From: an uncultured Gammaproteobacteria bacterium
Lineage (GTDB): Bacteria; Patescibacteriota; Patescibacteriia; Patescibacteriales; GWC2-42-12
DNA: 64,000 nucleotides
Assembly: GCA_964560005.1 (NCBI GenBank)
Contig: CAZLKB010000003.1
Span: 40,712 to 104,711 of the forward strand
Reading direction: 5' to 3'
Shown: piece after piece, positions 28,196-37,809 of the stretch
Numbering within the stretch: position 1 is the stretch's first letter
Layout of the letters: the number at the start of each line of letters is the position of its first letter
The notes under the pieces: generated by a model
What the model saw: only the letters and a program-made list of their open reading frames with translations
Databases searched by the model: none
What the model was told of the DNA's origin: nothing
Position numbers and translations under genes: made by a program

Positions 28196-28687
28196 ATGAC
28201 CAAAACTGTAATCTGCCACGACATGTACGGTAGGCTCTATAAAGTGGACGCTAAAAAATTGACCTTTCGCCCGTCAATTTATGGTATATTAATTGAAAAA
28301 AATAAAATCTTGCTTTCAAAACAATTTGACGGCTACGATTTCCCGGGTGGTGGCGCCGAACTTCATGAAACTATTGAGCAGACTTTAAAAAGAAAATTTT
28401 GGGAAGAAACCGGCTTTAAAGTCAAACCGGTTAAGCTTATCCGCGTCGGCACTTCGTTTTTCTACGCCAGATTAAGAAAACAATACTGGAATTGCCCATT
28501 TTTTTATTTTCTGGTCAAAAAAGTTAACGGTAAATTATCAACAATAAACTTTGACGAATACGAAAAAAAATATGCAGATCTGGCCGAATGGATTGGTCTA
28601 GAGAAAATTGGCAAAATTAAATTTATTAATTCCTTTTTAGGCAATCAGGGCAGTATAAAAATAATAAAACAGGCGTTGAAAAAATAA
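28196..28687 (+). CDS. NUDIX hydrolase
   Basis: Nudix box GGGAELHETIEQTLKRKFWEETGF. Confidence 0.75.
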   Translation: MTKTVICHDMYGRLYKVDAKKLTFRPSIYGILIEKNKILLSKQFDGYDFPGGGAELHETIEQTLKRKFWEETGFKVKPVKLIRVGTSFFYARLRKQYWNCPFFYFLVKKVNGKLSTINFDEYEKKYADLAEWIGLEKIGKIKFINSFLGNQGSIKIIKQALKK

Positions 28688-28690
28688 TAT

Positions 28691-29275
28691 ATGAACACTG
28701 ATAATAAAGTGATTGCCATTGTCGGCCTGCCTGGTTCAGGAAAAACCGAGGTGGGAAAATTTTTCATTGACCTAGGTTTTCAACCTATTCGACTGGGGCA
28801 GTTAACTCTTGACGAGGTCAGAAAACGCGGCCTGGAGCCGGGCGAAGCCAGCGAACGCCCGATTAGGGAAGCAATTAGAAAAAAACACGGCATGGGAGCC
28901 TATGCCACACTCAATTTCCCTAAGATAGATTCTTTATTAAAAAATGGCGACGTCATAGTAGACGGGCTTTACAGCTGGGAAGAATACTTAGAATTTAAAA
29001 AAAAATACAGCGAAAAATTAACCGTTATCGCGGTTTATGCATCTCCGAAAGTCAGGCATCAAAGACTTTTATCTAGAAAATGGGATAAAAATAAAGACCC
29101 TAAAATGGTAAACAGGCCTTACACTGAAGAACAGGCCAAAGCCAGAGATAACGCCGAAATTGGTAATTTACATACCGGCGGACCGATTGCTATGGCTGAT
29201 TTTACGATCATTAATGAAAACACCAAGGATGAATTACAAAAAAATATAAAAAAAATTATCCGATATTTAAATTGA
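28691..29275 (+). CDS. P-loop nucleoside/nucleotide kinase (possible dNMP kinase)
   Basis: Walker A GLPGSGKT at the N-terminus and an adenylate-kinase-like fold size. It sits between the Nudix and tmk genes in the nucleotide module. Confidence 0.55.
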   Translation: MNTDNKVIAIVGLPGSGKTEVGKFFIDLGFQPIRLGQLTLDEVRKRGLEPGEASERPIREAIRKKHGMGAYATLNFPKIDSLLKNGDVIVDGLYSWEEYLEFKKKYSEKLTVIAVYASPKVRHQRLLSRKWDKNKDPKMVNRPYTEEQAKARDNAEIGNLHTGGPIAMADFTIINENTKDELQKNIKKIIRYLN

Positions 29276-29300
29276 CAAATTGTTAAAAATGGCATAATTT
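29272..29300 (+). promoter_or_regulatory. Candidate sigma70 promoter upstream of tmk (TTGACA ... TGGCATAAT extended -10)
   Basis: ttgaca at 29272-29277; tggcataat at 29290-29298. Confidence 0.4.
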
Positions 29301-29355
29301 TTAAATAGAATTTACAATTTACCAGGGGGCGCCGAGGAGCGCTCCTTTATCGTCT

Positions 29356-30288
29356 ATGAGCGAAAATCATCCGGGAAAATTCATCGTCATTGACGGCACT
29401 GACGGCTCGGGCAAGGCCACCCAAACAGAGCTTCTCGCCCAGCGGTTGAAACGGTTTGGCCTGGAAGTGGAAACGGCCGATTTTCCCCAATACAATACCA
29501 AGTCGGCCGGCCTGGTAGAAGAATATCTAAGCGGCAAATATGGATCGGCTGAAGCAGTCGGGCCTTATCGCTCTTCAATTTTTTATGCCTGCGATCGTTT
29601 TGACGCGAGTTTTCTAATTAAAAAATGGCTGGCGCAAGGCAAGATCGTAATTTCCAACCGTTATGTAACCGCCAATATGGGGCACCAGGGAGCTAAAATT
29701 AAAAACGCTCTGGAAAGAAAAGTGTTTTTTAATTGGCTCTATGAATTGGAATATGAAATATTCGAAATACCCGAGCCTGATTTAAACATTATTTTAAGAG
29801 TAAGAGCTGAAATCGCGCAAACTTTGGCTAAACAAAGACGGCGCGAAGATTGGGCCGGAAAACAAAGAGACCTTCATGAAGAAAATTTATCTCATCTTAA
29901 AAATGCGGAAACCGCCTATCAGGAAATTGCCCGATCATTTCCCAATATGTTTCTGATTGACTGCGTTCAAAATAATAAACTGCTGGCGCGTGAAACAATT
30001 AACGAATTAATCTGGCAACGAATAAAAAAATTGGTTTGGCCATCTCCCCTCCCGTCCAATAAAAATGAAATAAACAAAAATAAATTTATGAAGATTCATT
30101 CAGCCGATTACTATTCTTTAGTTCCTGGCGAGCGGGCTTTGATAAAAAATGATTTAGGAATGGCCGCATCAATAATCAACGTTTCTCATGACTTGCTGCA
30201 TATTACCCCTGGCCAAGATATCACCCCACTACTCAAGAAACAATCCGATGAAGCGGATAACCAGCTTAACGGCTCGGGGTTGTTTTAA
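29356..30288 (+). CDS. tmk: Thymidylate kinase with a C-terminal extension of about 100 aa
   Basis: FIVIDGTDGSGKATQ P-loop, DRF motif and LID region. The C-terminal third (from about KKLVWPSPLP) has no Tmk counterpart. Confidence 0.85.
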   Translation: MSENHPGKFIVIDGTDGSGKATQTELLAQRLKRFGLEVETADFPQYNTKSAGLVEEYLSGKYGSAEAVGPYRSSIFYACDRFDASFLIKKWLAQGKIVISNRYVTANMGHQGAKIKNALERKVFFNWLYELEYEIFEIPEPDLNIILRVRAEIAQTLAKQRRREDWAGKQRDLHEENLSHLKNAETAYQEIARSFPNMFLIDCVQNNKLLARETINELIWQRIKKLVWPSPLPSNKNEINKNKFMKIHSADYYSLVPGERALIKNDLGMAASIINVSHDLLHITPGQDITPLLKKQSDEADNQLNGSGLF

Positions 30289-30314
30289 TGAGTATTTTAA
30301 GTTAGAATTAAGTT

Positions 30315-31841
30315 ATGGCATACGATGTTATAATCGGCCTGGAAATCCACGCCGAACTAAAAACCAAGTCCAAAATGTTCTGCCGCTGCGATAACGACGC
30401 GGAGGGCAAAGAGCCTAATACCACGGTTTGTCCGATCTGTATGGCGCATCCGGGGACTTTGCCTTTGCCTAATAAACAGGCCATAGAATGGACTATTCTT
30501 ATTGGCTTAGCTTTAAATTGTAGAATTAATGAACTCTCCAAGTTTGACCGCAAAAATTATTTCTACCCCGATTTACCAAAAGGCTACCAAATATCTCAAT
30601 ACGACCTGCCGATCGCTCACGACGGTTTTCTGGAAATTGACGGTAAGCCGATTTTAATCACCAGGATTCATTTAGAAGAAGACACGGGAAAATTAATCCA
30701 CCCGTCCGGTAAAAAACATTCTTTAGTGGATTATAACCGCGCCGGCACGCCTTTAATAGAACTGGTGACCGAGCCGGTAATCAAGACGGCCGTAACGGCC
30801 AAAAAATTCGCGACAGAATATCAGAAAATTTTACGCTACTTGAATATTTCCAACGCTGACATGGAAAAAGGAGAAATGCGCTGCGAAGCCAATATCAGCC
30901 TTCAGGAAAAGGGTAAGTGGCAATACACTAATGGCCAGATCGTGCCGGTCGGCGATTACAAACTAAATCCAAAAGTTGAATTAAAAAATATTAATTCTTT
31001 CAGGTACATGGAAAAAGCGGTTGATTATGAAATCAAGCGCCAAATTAAAGCTTTGGCCGATAATGACCCTTCGACCGGCTCAGGACTGGTTCAGGAAACT
31101 CGAGGCTGGGATAATGAAAAGGGCATAACTTTTAGCCAAAGAATTAAAGAAACTTCGGCTGATTACCGCTACTTCCCGGAACCCGATATACCGCCGCTCG
31201 CTATCAGCCAAAAGTGGATTGATAAAGTAAAAGCCAAAATGGGAGAATTGCCGGCGGAAAAATTTAAACGATTTAAAGAAGAGTATTTATTTTCCGATTA
31301 TGAAAGCGAAATTCTAACCGGCGATGAAGATTTAGCCAACTACACCGAACAAGTGGTTTCCGAACTGCACGCCTGGATTGAAGCCAGCGGTGATGATTGG
31401 GCAAGGCAAAAGCAGAAGCTAGCCAAAGCGACCGCCAATTGGCTGATCAATGAATTATTTAAACATCTTAAATCCAATAACCAAACCATCGGCCAAATTA
31501 GAATTAATCCGGAAAATTTTGCGGAATTTATCGCCTTGGTTTACCAGGATAAAATAAATTCATCCGCCGCCCAGACGATTTTGGGGCAGATGTACGAAAA
31601 AGGCGGCGACCCGACGCAGATTATGGATGAACTGGGCTTAAAGCAACTCGACGATAAAGAGGCTTTAAAGAAAGTTATAAATGAAGTAGTTTCAAAAAAC
31701 CAACAACAGGTTGAGCAATACAGAAAAGGCAAAACCAATGTTCTGCAATTTTTGGTCGGCCAAACCATGGCCGCGACCAAGGGCAAGGCTAATCCGAAAA
31801 TTATCATGGAAATTTTAACTAATTTACTAAAAAATAACTAA
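30315..31841 (+). CDS. gatB: Asp-tRNA(Asn)/Glu-tRNA(Gln) amidotransferase subunit B
   Basis: MAYDVIIGLEIHAELKTKSKMFCRCDN...VCPICMAHPGTLP and the C-terminal YqeY-like domain. Confidence 0.95.
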   Translation: MAYDVIIGLEIHAELKTKSKMFCRCDNDAEGKEPNTTVCPICMAHPGTLPLPNKQAIEWTILIGLALNCRINELSKFDRKNYFYPDLPKGYQISQYDLPIAHDGFLEIDGKPILITRIHLEEDTGKLIHPSGKKHSLVDYNRAGTPLIELVTEPVIKTAVTAKKFATEYQKILRYLNISNADMEKGEMRCEANISLQEKGKWQYTNGQIVPVGDYKLNPKVELKNINSFRYMEKAVDYEIKRQIKALADNDPSTGSGLVQETRGWDNEKGITFSQRIKETSADYRYFPEPDIPPLAISQKWIDKVKAKMGELPAEKFKRFKEEYLFSDYESEILTGDEDLANYTEQVVSELHAWIEASGDDWARQKQKLAKATANWLINELFKHLKSNNQTIGQIRINPENFAEFIALVYQDKINSSAAQTILGQMYEKGGDPTQIMDELGLKQLDDKEALKKVINEVVSKNQQQVEQYRKGKTNVLQFLVGQTMAATKGKANPKIIMEILTNLLKNN

Positions 31842-31846
31842 ATATT

Positions 31847-32212
31847 ATGATTAAAGAAAACAACCAAGGCGGTTTCACGCCAGAGGCTGGAGATTATCTC
31901 CAGGACGGGCTTGAAGAGGCAGAATTATCAAGGCGAGCTGAAATGGAAATGGGCAAAAAACAGTTGGGATCTATTTTAAGACAGTTAGAAACCAAATTAA
32001 TTAATAGCGGCAATAAAAATGAGGATTGGTCGAAAAAACAAGTCGAGAAACTTAGCCAAGATGTAAATCGGCTAGCTGTGATAAAGGAAGAACTTCGTCT
32101 TAATGCCGAAGCAAATAAAGGTGATGATGGACGCGAAGAAGTTATCGCGCGGCTGGCCGACGAGCTGATAACGCAGCCTTATCCGGCGGAAGCCAGCGCC
32201 GAAAACAGATAA
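31847..32212 (+). CDS. Hypothetical acidic coiled-coil protein (121 aa)
   Basis: Clean ORF overlapping the gatB stop by context, followed by a terminator. Confidence 0.5.
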   Translation: MIKENNQGGFTPEAGDYLQDGLEEAELSRRAEMEMGKKQLGSILRQLETKLINSGNKNEDWSKKQVEKLSQDVNRLAVIKEELRLNAEANKGDDGREEVIARLADELITQPYPAEASAENR

Positions 32213-32363
32213 TCCAAACGGCTAAATTATTTTAATGACGGTTGACTTGACAAATATTTTCTGCATGATAATATTAACTTAATGGAAAAAAATATTACGC
32301 CAAAGCTGAATCATTCATCAACTCGAAGAAAAACCCCGAGAGGAAAATTTATTTTTTAAAAAA

Positions 32364-32394
32364 TTCCCCGTTCAATAGAACGGGGAATTTTTTT
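32364..32394 (+). terminator. Rho-independent terminator
   Basis: ttccccgttc-aatag-aacggggaa followed by ttttttt. Confidence 0.75.
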
Positions 32395-32440
32395 GAACAT
32401 AAAAAGCTAATTTTAAATAAACATAACCAACATCTTATCT

Positions 32441-33415
32441 ATGAAAAAAATTTTTACCAGAAAACAATTAGAAAAAAAATTCACTGATATTAATTGGATT
32501 TTTGCTTATGAAGAACTAATCTCTGCATACGATGAAAAATATAAAATGGTAATGCTGATTGAAGATTACATGCAGGGTGTATATGCCGAGGCCTGGCGGG
32601 TATATCATTTCCCCAGAACCAGCCGACTAGTAGTTTTTGCCAAGCGCGAAGGCACTAAATCAATTTTTTACCTGAAAGAGGGCTCGGTCAAATTAAACTT
32701 AATTCCCTCTTTCTCTCCCATCGGCATAAGCAAGGTGCAAGTCAAACAAAACGAAATTGACATTCTCTATAGCGGCATTGGCGGCGGCGGCGTCAGCGCG
32801 GCCTACTGCCGCGGCTTGGCTAAAGGGGTAAAGGGGGTGCGTATTTTAAAACATGCCGGCGGTAATCAGCTGGGCGAAGCTATTGTTACTATGCCTCGGT
32901 ATCACAGCTTAATTATTGGCGTTGACGACACCGATACGGAAAAAGAAGGCGCAACTTATTCTTTGGCCCATAATATCGCTAAAAAAATTTCCGACGGAAA
33001 AAATATCAGATATATCTCCCATGTCAATACCCAGCTTTACCCGGAAAACCCGGAAAAAACCAAAAATTGCATGGCCACCAGCATTGGCTTTTTAGTTAAG
33101 CCGGGATTGGAAGATAAAGTTATAGAATCATTTAGAAAGGAACTGGCTGATGGAACCTTAAGCGACCAAACCGGCATGACGGTTTTGCGTGGATTCTATA
33201 TCCCCCAGGAATTAAAAACTTTTATCAAGAGATTGCGGACTAAATTTTTTAAAGACCTGTCTTATGCGAAACAACTTATGGACAGATTAGGTATAGAATA
33301 TTATGTTATCACCGGAGAAAAGGGCTTAATCGGAGCTTTGGGTGCGATTTGCCTGCATGACAATCCTGATTTGGCCGCCAGTTTACCACCGGGTTTCGAT
33401 AGTCGAGATAAATAA
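32441..33415 (+). CDS. Hypothetical protein (324 aa) with a GxDDTD motif reminiscent of TiaS/DUF1743-type kinase domains (tentative)
   Basis: IIGVDDTDTEKEGATYSLAHNIAKKI and a glycine-rich GIGGGGVSAAYCRG segment. No confident family assignment. Confidence 0.5.
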   Translation: MKKIFTRKQLEKKFTDINWIFAYEELISAYDEKYKMVMLIEDYMQGVYAEAWRVYHFPRTSRLVVFAKREGTKSIFYLKEGSVKLNLIPSFSPIGISKVQVKQNEIDILYSGIGGGGVSAAYCRGLAKGVKGVRILKHAGGNQLGEAIVTMPRYHSLIIGVDDTDTEKEGATYSLAHNIAKKISDGKNIRYISHVNTQLYPENPEKTKNCMATSIGFLVKPGLEDKVIESFRKELADGTLSDQTGMTVLRGFYIPQELKTFIKRLRTKFFKDLSYAKQLMDRLGIEYYVITGEKGLIGALGAICLHDNPDLAASLPPGFDSRDK

Positions 33416-33472
33416 AATCTGTACGCTCTATGCTGCTTTTATAAATAAAAAACCGGACTTAGGCCCGGCTTT

Positions 33473-34378
33473 TTATATTATGAATTTTTTAATTATGCTT
33501 TCCGTTTTTTTAATATTATTACACCAATTTATTTTCGCGCTCTGCCTTTCCCAGCGCTTAAACCAGCTCATCTGCCGCTTGGCGAATTGGTTGGAAGCGG
33601 TATTTAATTGTTCTGCCATCTCCTCGTAAGTTAATTTTTTCTGTAAATATAGAGAGATGAATTTATATTCAAGACCGAAAGCCTCCAATCTTTTCCAGCT
33701 CATTCCTCGGCTGTGTAAAACCTCCACTTCTCCGATTAAATTTTGCTCTTTTAGCCTGGCTATAAGCCTCTTGGCGATTCTTTGCTTCGTGATCTCCCTC
33801 GAATGTTTAAGGCCGATTATTAGCGGATTATATTTTTTCTTGCCCGCATGGCTTTTAAAATTTTTATCCTGTTCTAAAATTTCTAAATAACGAATTAGCC
33901 GGCGCTTATTATTTTTATCGCTCTGATTTAATTTGACTGCCATTTTTGGAGACAATTTTTTAAGTTTATCAAACAATTCTCCGGCGTTAAATTTTTCCAG
34001 ATATTTTCTCAAGTTCAAATCTTTTTTAATATTAGCAAATTTATAATTATCAACCACGGCCTGCAAATACAAGCCGCTGCCGCCGGTTAAGATCGGCAGC
34101 TTGGCGCGCGATAAAATATCATCAATCGCCGCGAATGCCAGTTTTTGATACTTAGCCAGATCAAACTGTTTTTTCGGGCTGGCCACATCAATTAAATGAT
34201 ATGGCACGGTATAGTCGGCTAAATCTTTCCCGGTACCGATATCCATGCCCTTATATACCTGTCTAGAATCGGCGCTTACGATTTCGCCGTTAAACTTATC
34301 GGCCAATTCAATGGCCAGCTTGGTTTTCCCGCTGGAGGTGGGTCCGAGAATAACAATAATTTTATTATTATTTTCCAT
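33473..34378 (-). CDS. miaA: tRNA dimethylallyltransferase MiaA
   Basis: IVILGPTSSGKTKLAIELADKFNGEIVSADSRQVYKGMDIGTGK. Confidence 0.95.
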   Translation of the reverse strand: MENNNKIIVILGPTSSGKTKLAIELADKFNGEIVSADSRQVYKGMDIGTGKDLADYTVPYHLIDVASPKKQFDLAKYQKLAFAAIDDILSRAKLPILTGGSGLYLQAVVDNYKFANIKKDLNLRKYLEKFNAGELFDKLKKLSPKMAVKLNQSDKNNKRRLIRYLEILEQDKNFKSHAGKKKYNPLIIGLKHSREITKQRIAKRLIARLKEQNLIGEVEVLHSRGMSWKRLEAFGLEYKFISLYLQKKLTYEEMAEQLNTASNQFAKRQMSWFKRWERQSAKINWCNNIKKTESIIKKFII

Positions 34379-34383
34379 AGCTC

Positions 34384-35673
34384 TTACTTAATTATTTCCC
34401 CCTCTAAACCAAAGTCTCTAGCCTTCACAATCATAACTTTAACAAATTTTCCAACTAAACCTTTTATCGATTCGGAATCTTCGACCACTGTTAATTTGCC
34501 GGTCCCGGTTCTCGCTAACCAATCGCCTGCTTTATTTTTGCCATCAATCAAAACTTCTATAGTTTTACCTAGATATTTTTTATTATTAAAAAACGCGGTT
34601 TTTTTCAATACTTCATTCAGCTCTTCTTCTCTGCGCCGTTTTTCCTGCCTTGATACATTATCCTTCAACTTGGCTGCTTCAGTTCCTGGCCTTGAGCTAT
34701 ATTGGGCCAGATAAGCCATATCAAATTTAACTTGTTTAAACAATTTTACCGAATTATTAAATTGCTTCTTGGTTTCGCCCGGAAAACCGACGATCAGATC
34801 CGTGGTTATGCTCGCGTCCGGCATAACGATTCTAATTTTTTTTATTAAGCTTATATAGTGTTCAATCGTATACTTTCTGTTCATTTTTTTAAGGACTTCA
34901 TTATCCCCGGCTTGCGCCGGCAGATGAACCTGATGGCAGACTTTCTGGCACTGCGCCATGGTTTTAATCAGTTTAGCCGACATATCCTTAGGATGACTGG
35001 TAAAAAACCTAACCCAAAAATTTCCCTTAATATTGTTAACCATGTTCAGCAGGTCGGCGAAGTCAATTTTACCCGACCGATAGCTATTTACATTCTGTGC
35101 AATTAATATAATCTCTTTATAGCCTTTGTCAACTAAATTTTTTACCTCATTTAAAATGTCGTCTGCTTTCCGATAAACTTCCCGGCCGCGCGCGTATGGC
35201 ACAACGCAATACGAGCAAAAATTATTACAGCCATTGCCGATCGGCACCAAGGCGGAAAATTTAGAGTTATATTTTGGTTTTATTGATAAATAATCATTTT
35301 TATTTTGCACATCTTTTTGAAAATTAATTTTTGAAAATTCATTGAAAATTGAAAATTGAAAATTGAAAATTTCCTTAATCTGCATCCATTCATCCACATA
35401 CTTTTCCAATCTTCTTTTAACATCTTTTCTCTCCGATAAACAACCGGTTAAAATAACTTCTGCTTTTTTGTTTTCCTTTTTAATCCTAGGTATTAAACCG
35501 TAAATTCTATTTTCAGCAGATTGCCTCACTCCGCAAGTATTAATCACAACCAAATCAGCCTGATATTTATTATCAATATATTTATAACCCTTGTTTCCCA
35601 ACAAGCCAGCCAATCTTTCGCTGTCTGATTCATTCATCTGGCAACCAAAGGTGGTGATATGATAAGTCTTCAT
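34384..35673 (-). CDS. miaB: tRNA-i6A37 methylthiotransferase MiaB (radical SAM MTTase) carrying a heptamer-repeat-encoded linker
   Basis: MTTase N-domain (ITTFGCQMNESDSERLAG), radical SAM CNNFCSYC and a TRAM C-terminus. The linker FNFQFSIFNEFSKINFQ is encoded by (AATTTTC)n at 35315-35371. Confidence 0.9.
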   Translation of the reverse strand: MKTYHITTFGCQMNESDSERLAGLLGNKGYKYIDNKYQADLVVINTCGVRQSAENRIYGLIPRIKKENKKAEVILTGCLSERKDVKRRLEKYVDEWMQIKEIFNFQFSIFNEFSKINFQKDVQNKNDYLSIKPKYNSKFSALVPIGNGCNNFCSYCVVPYARGREVYRKADDILNEVKNLVDKGYKEIILIAQNVNSYRSGKIDFADLLNMVNNIKGNFWVRFFTSHPKDMSAKLIKTMAQCQKVCHQVHLPAQAGDNEVLKKMNRKYTIEHYISLIKKIRIVMPDASITTDLIVGFPGETKKQFNNSVKLFKQVKFDMAYLAQYSSRPGTEAAKLKDNVSRQEKRRREEELNEVLKKTAFFNNKKYLGKTIEVLIDGKNKAGDWLARTGTGKLTVVEDSESIKGLVGKFVKVMIVKARDFGLEGEIIK

Positions 35674-35675
35674 AA

Positions 35676-35790
35676 AAATTAAAAATGTAAAATGTAAATC
35701 TCAAAATGACAATGTAAAATTTAAAATTATTAAATTAATAAATTTACATTTTGAACTGTCATTTTTCATTTTGATTTTTACATTTTACAT
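35676..35790. repeat. Family A palindromic AT-rich intergenic element between miaB and dnaJ
   Basis: aaaatgtaaaatgtaaatctcaaaatgacaatgtaaaatttaaaatt...tttacattttgaactgtcatttttcattttgatttttacattttacattt. Confidence 0.7.
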
Positions 35791-35794
35791 TTTT

Positions 35795-36883
35795 TTATAT
35801 TCCCAACTCCCTCAGCATTTCTTTTTGCTTTCTTGACAAACTGGTCGGAATTTTAACGATTATTTCCACTAAGTGATCGCCCCTGGAACTGCTATGTATA
35901 TGCGGCACGCCCTTGCCTTTAAGCCGAATCACTCGGCCCGATTGCGTGCCTTCGGCGATTTTTAATTCCACCGGACCGTCAACCGTTTCCACATCAATTT
36001 TTCCGCCTAAAGCCGCCAGCGCTATATTAATTTCAGCTTTTGATAAAATATCAAAGCCGTCACGCGCGAATCTTCTATCCGGATTGACCCTAACCTTTAC
36101 ATATAGATCTCCAGCCTGGCCGCCCTTGGCTACGGCTTCGCCTTGCCCGGCGAATCTTAAAGTTTCTTCATTGTCAATTCCGGCCGGAATCTTAATTTTT
36201 AAAACGGCTATCTCGTGGATTACGCCCGAGCCTCGGCATTGTTTGCATTTTTCTTTAATAATTTTACCTTCACCGTGGCAGGCGGTACAAGTAGTTTGCA
36301 CCTGCACATTACCTAAAATTGTTCTCTGCATTTTAGTCACCCTGCCCGTACCGCGGCAGGTTGGGCAGGTCTCCGCACCAATGCCGGGTTCGGCGCCCGA
36401 GCCCTTGCACCTAGAGCAACTGACGGCTTTTTTTAAACTAATTTCCCGCTCTACGCCGAAAATCGCCTCTTTAAAATCAATATTTAGGATTACTTCGATG
36501 TCTCGTCCGCGGCTTGCCCGCCGCCGCCCTGATCGGCCACCTTCACCAAAACCAAAAATATCGCCAAAGCCGCCGAAAATATCGCCCAGGTCGTCCATGT
36601 TGATGTTAAAGCCCTGGCCACTGTCAAAACCGCTGAAACCGGAAAAGCCTCCGCCCCCGCCTGACCGCGCCTGTTCAAAAGTTTGGCCATATTGGTCATA
36701 TTGGGATCGTTTCGCGGAGTCGCTTAAAACCTGATAAGCCTCATTCAGCTCCTTAAACTTGGCTTCGTCGCCGCCCTTTTTATCCGGGTGGCACTCGTGA
36801 GCTTTTTTCCGAAAAGCCTTTTTGATTTCATCTTGATTAGCACCCTTACTCACGCCGAGAATATTGTAGTAGTCTTTGGACAT
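35795..36883 (-). CDS. dnaJ: Chaperone DnaJ
   Basis: J domain with HPD (KAHECHPDK), G/F-rich region and four CxxCxGxG zinc-finger repeats. Confidence 0.95.
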   Translation of the reverse strand: MSKDYYNILGVSKGANQDEIKKAFRKKAHECHPDKKGGDEAKFKELNEAYQVLSDSAKRSQYDQYGQTFEQARSGGGGGFSGFSGFDSGQGFNINMDDLGDIFGGFGDIFGFGEGGRSGRRRASRGRDIEVILNIDFKEAIFGVEREISLKKAVSCSRCKGSGAEPGIGAETCPTCRGTGRVTKMQRTILGNVQVQTTCTACHGEGKIIKEKCKQCRGSGVIHEIAVLKIKIPAGIDNEETLRFAGQGEAVAKGGQAGDLYVKVRVNPDRRFARDGFDILSKAEINIALAALGGKIDVETVDGPVELKIAEGTQSGRVIRLKGKGVPHIHSSSRGDHLVEIIVKIPTSLSRKQKEMLRELGI

Positions 36884-36972
36884 AATTTATTTAATCATCA
36901 GTGTATTGATTGACAGAAATCAACTATCTATGATAATATAAAATCACTAATCTCAACAAAAGGAATAAGACA

Positions 36973-37098
36973 ATGAAATTCGTAATTATCGGGTTTTGCA
37001 TTCTCGTCGTGTTCGGACCGTTTATTATGGCGCTCCTTAAGGCGGCAAGCAAGCCAATGCCGTCACCAACCCCGCCCGACGATCGTCGGGATCTCTGA
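36973..37098 (+). CDS. Small GC-rich membrane peptide (41 aa), hypothetical
   Basis: MKFVIIGFCILVVFGPFIMALLKAASKPMPSPTPPDDRRDL. Opposite strand to its neighbours and followed by a terminator. Confidence 0.3.
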   Translation: MKFVIIGFCILVVFGPFIMALLKAASKPMPSPTPPDDRRDL

Positions 37099-37110
37099 GC
37101 GGACGAATGT

Positions 37111-37166
37111 CCCGCTTAACGCCCGCACGATTTCCATCAATTTGGCGATCAGGCGGGCTTTTTTTA
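37111..37166 (+). terminator. Candidate terminator (gcccgc ... gcgggc stem plus T run)
   Basis: gcccgcacgatttccatcaatttggcgatcaggcgggc followed by ttttttt. The long loop makes this uncertain. Confidence 0.4.
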
Positions 37167-37200
37167 TTCGCTAAATTCGTTATAAATCAGCCCCTATTCG

Positions 37201-37809
37201 CTATTTACTTCTTTTCCGTAAACTCCCCTTCAATCGGTCCTTGATCCTTTTTCTTATTTCTTCAGTAAATACTCGCTTGGAGATTTCAGTATAAAATTTA
37301 TTATTTTTGATTCTAAAATCGCACATTGATGCCCGGCCGGCTTTATAATATTTTAAATCGGCTTCAAACTGTTCCTTGAAAGAATCGGATAAAGCATCGG
37401 CATCAATTAAAATTCTTTTATTTATCTCTCTAGGGTTAGTGAATTTATGCGCCTTTATTATCTCGGCAACTTTCTTAATTTTTCTCGGTTCATAATTAAG
37501 TTCGCGCAAAACTTTAGCCGCGATTATGGCTGAATATTTAAGATGCAATTTTAACGCCTTAATTCTATCTTTTTTGTCTTGGCTTTTCTGCAACTTCTTA
37601 GAAACCTTGCTCCAGCCGATGTCATGTAAAATTGCCGCCGGTATAAGCAGACTTTCGTCGCCTATGCCAGACTTAATTATTATTTCCATGGCCTTAACCA
37701 CGCCCTTAACATGCGTAAGATCTTTTTCTCTTCCGGCTTTTATGTAAGGCAGAGCTAATTTCCAGATTTTTTGGTATTGTTTGTCCATTTTTTTATTTAG
37801 TCGCGACAA
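37201..37809 (-). CDS. HD-domain phosphohydrolase
   Basis: H...HD motif (LLIPAAILHDIGWSK). The C-terminal 15 codons are encoded by a 44-bp copy of the dnaK 3' end read in another frame. Confidence 0.75.
   Translation of the reverse strand: MSRLNKKMDKQYQKIWKLALPYIKAGREKDLTHVKGVVKAMEIIIKSGIGDESLLIPAAILHDIGWSKVSKKLQKSQDKKDRIKALKLHLKYSAIIAAKVLRELNYEPRKIKKVAEIIKAHKFTNPREINKRILIDADALSDSFKEQFEADLKYYKAGRASMCDFRIKNNKFYTEISKRVFTEEIRKRIKDRLKGSLRKRSK

Noticed and set aside
35315-35371. Possibility that the (GAAAATT)n arrays are a CRISPR array
   Set aside because: The repeat unit is only 7 nt, the copies are contiguous with no spacers, and no cas genes are present. This is a microsatellite-like repeat, not CRISPR.
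35913-36734. 273-aa plus-strand ORF rich in Pro/Ser
   Set aside because: It is entirely antisense to a well-supported dnaJ and is a low-complexity translation of the Gly/Cys-rich DnaJ coding strand. It is a shadow ORF.
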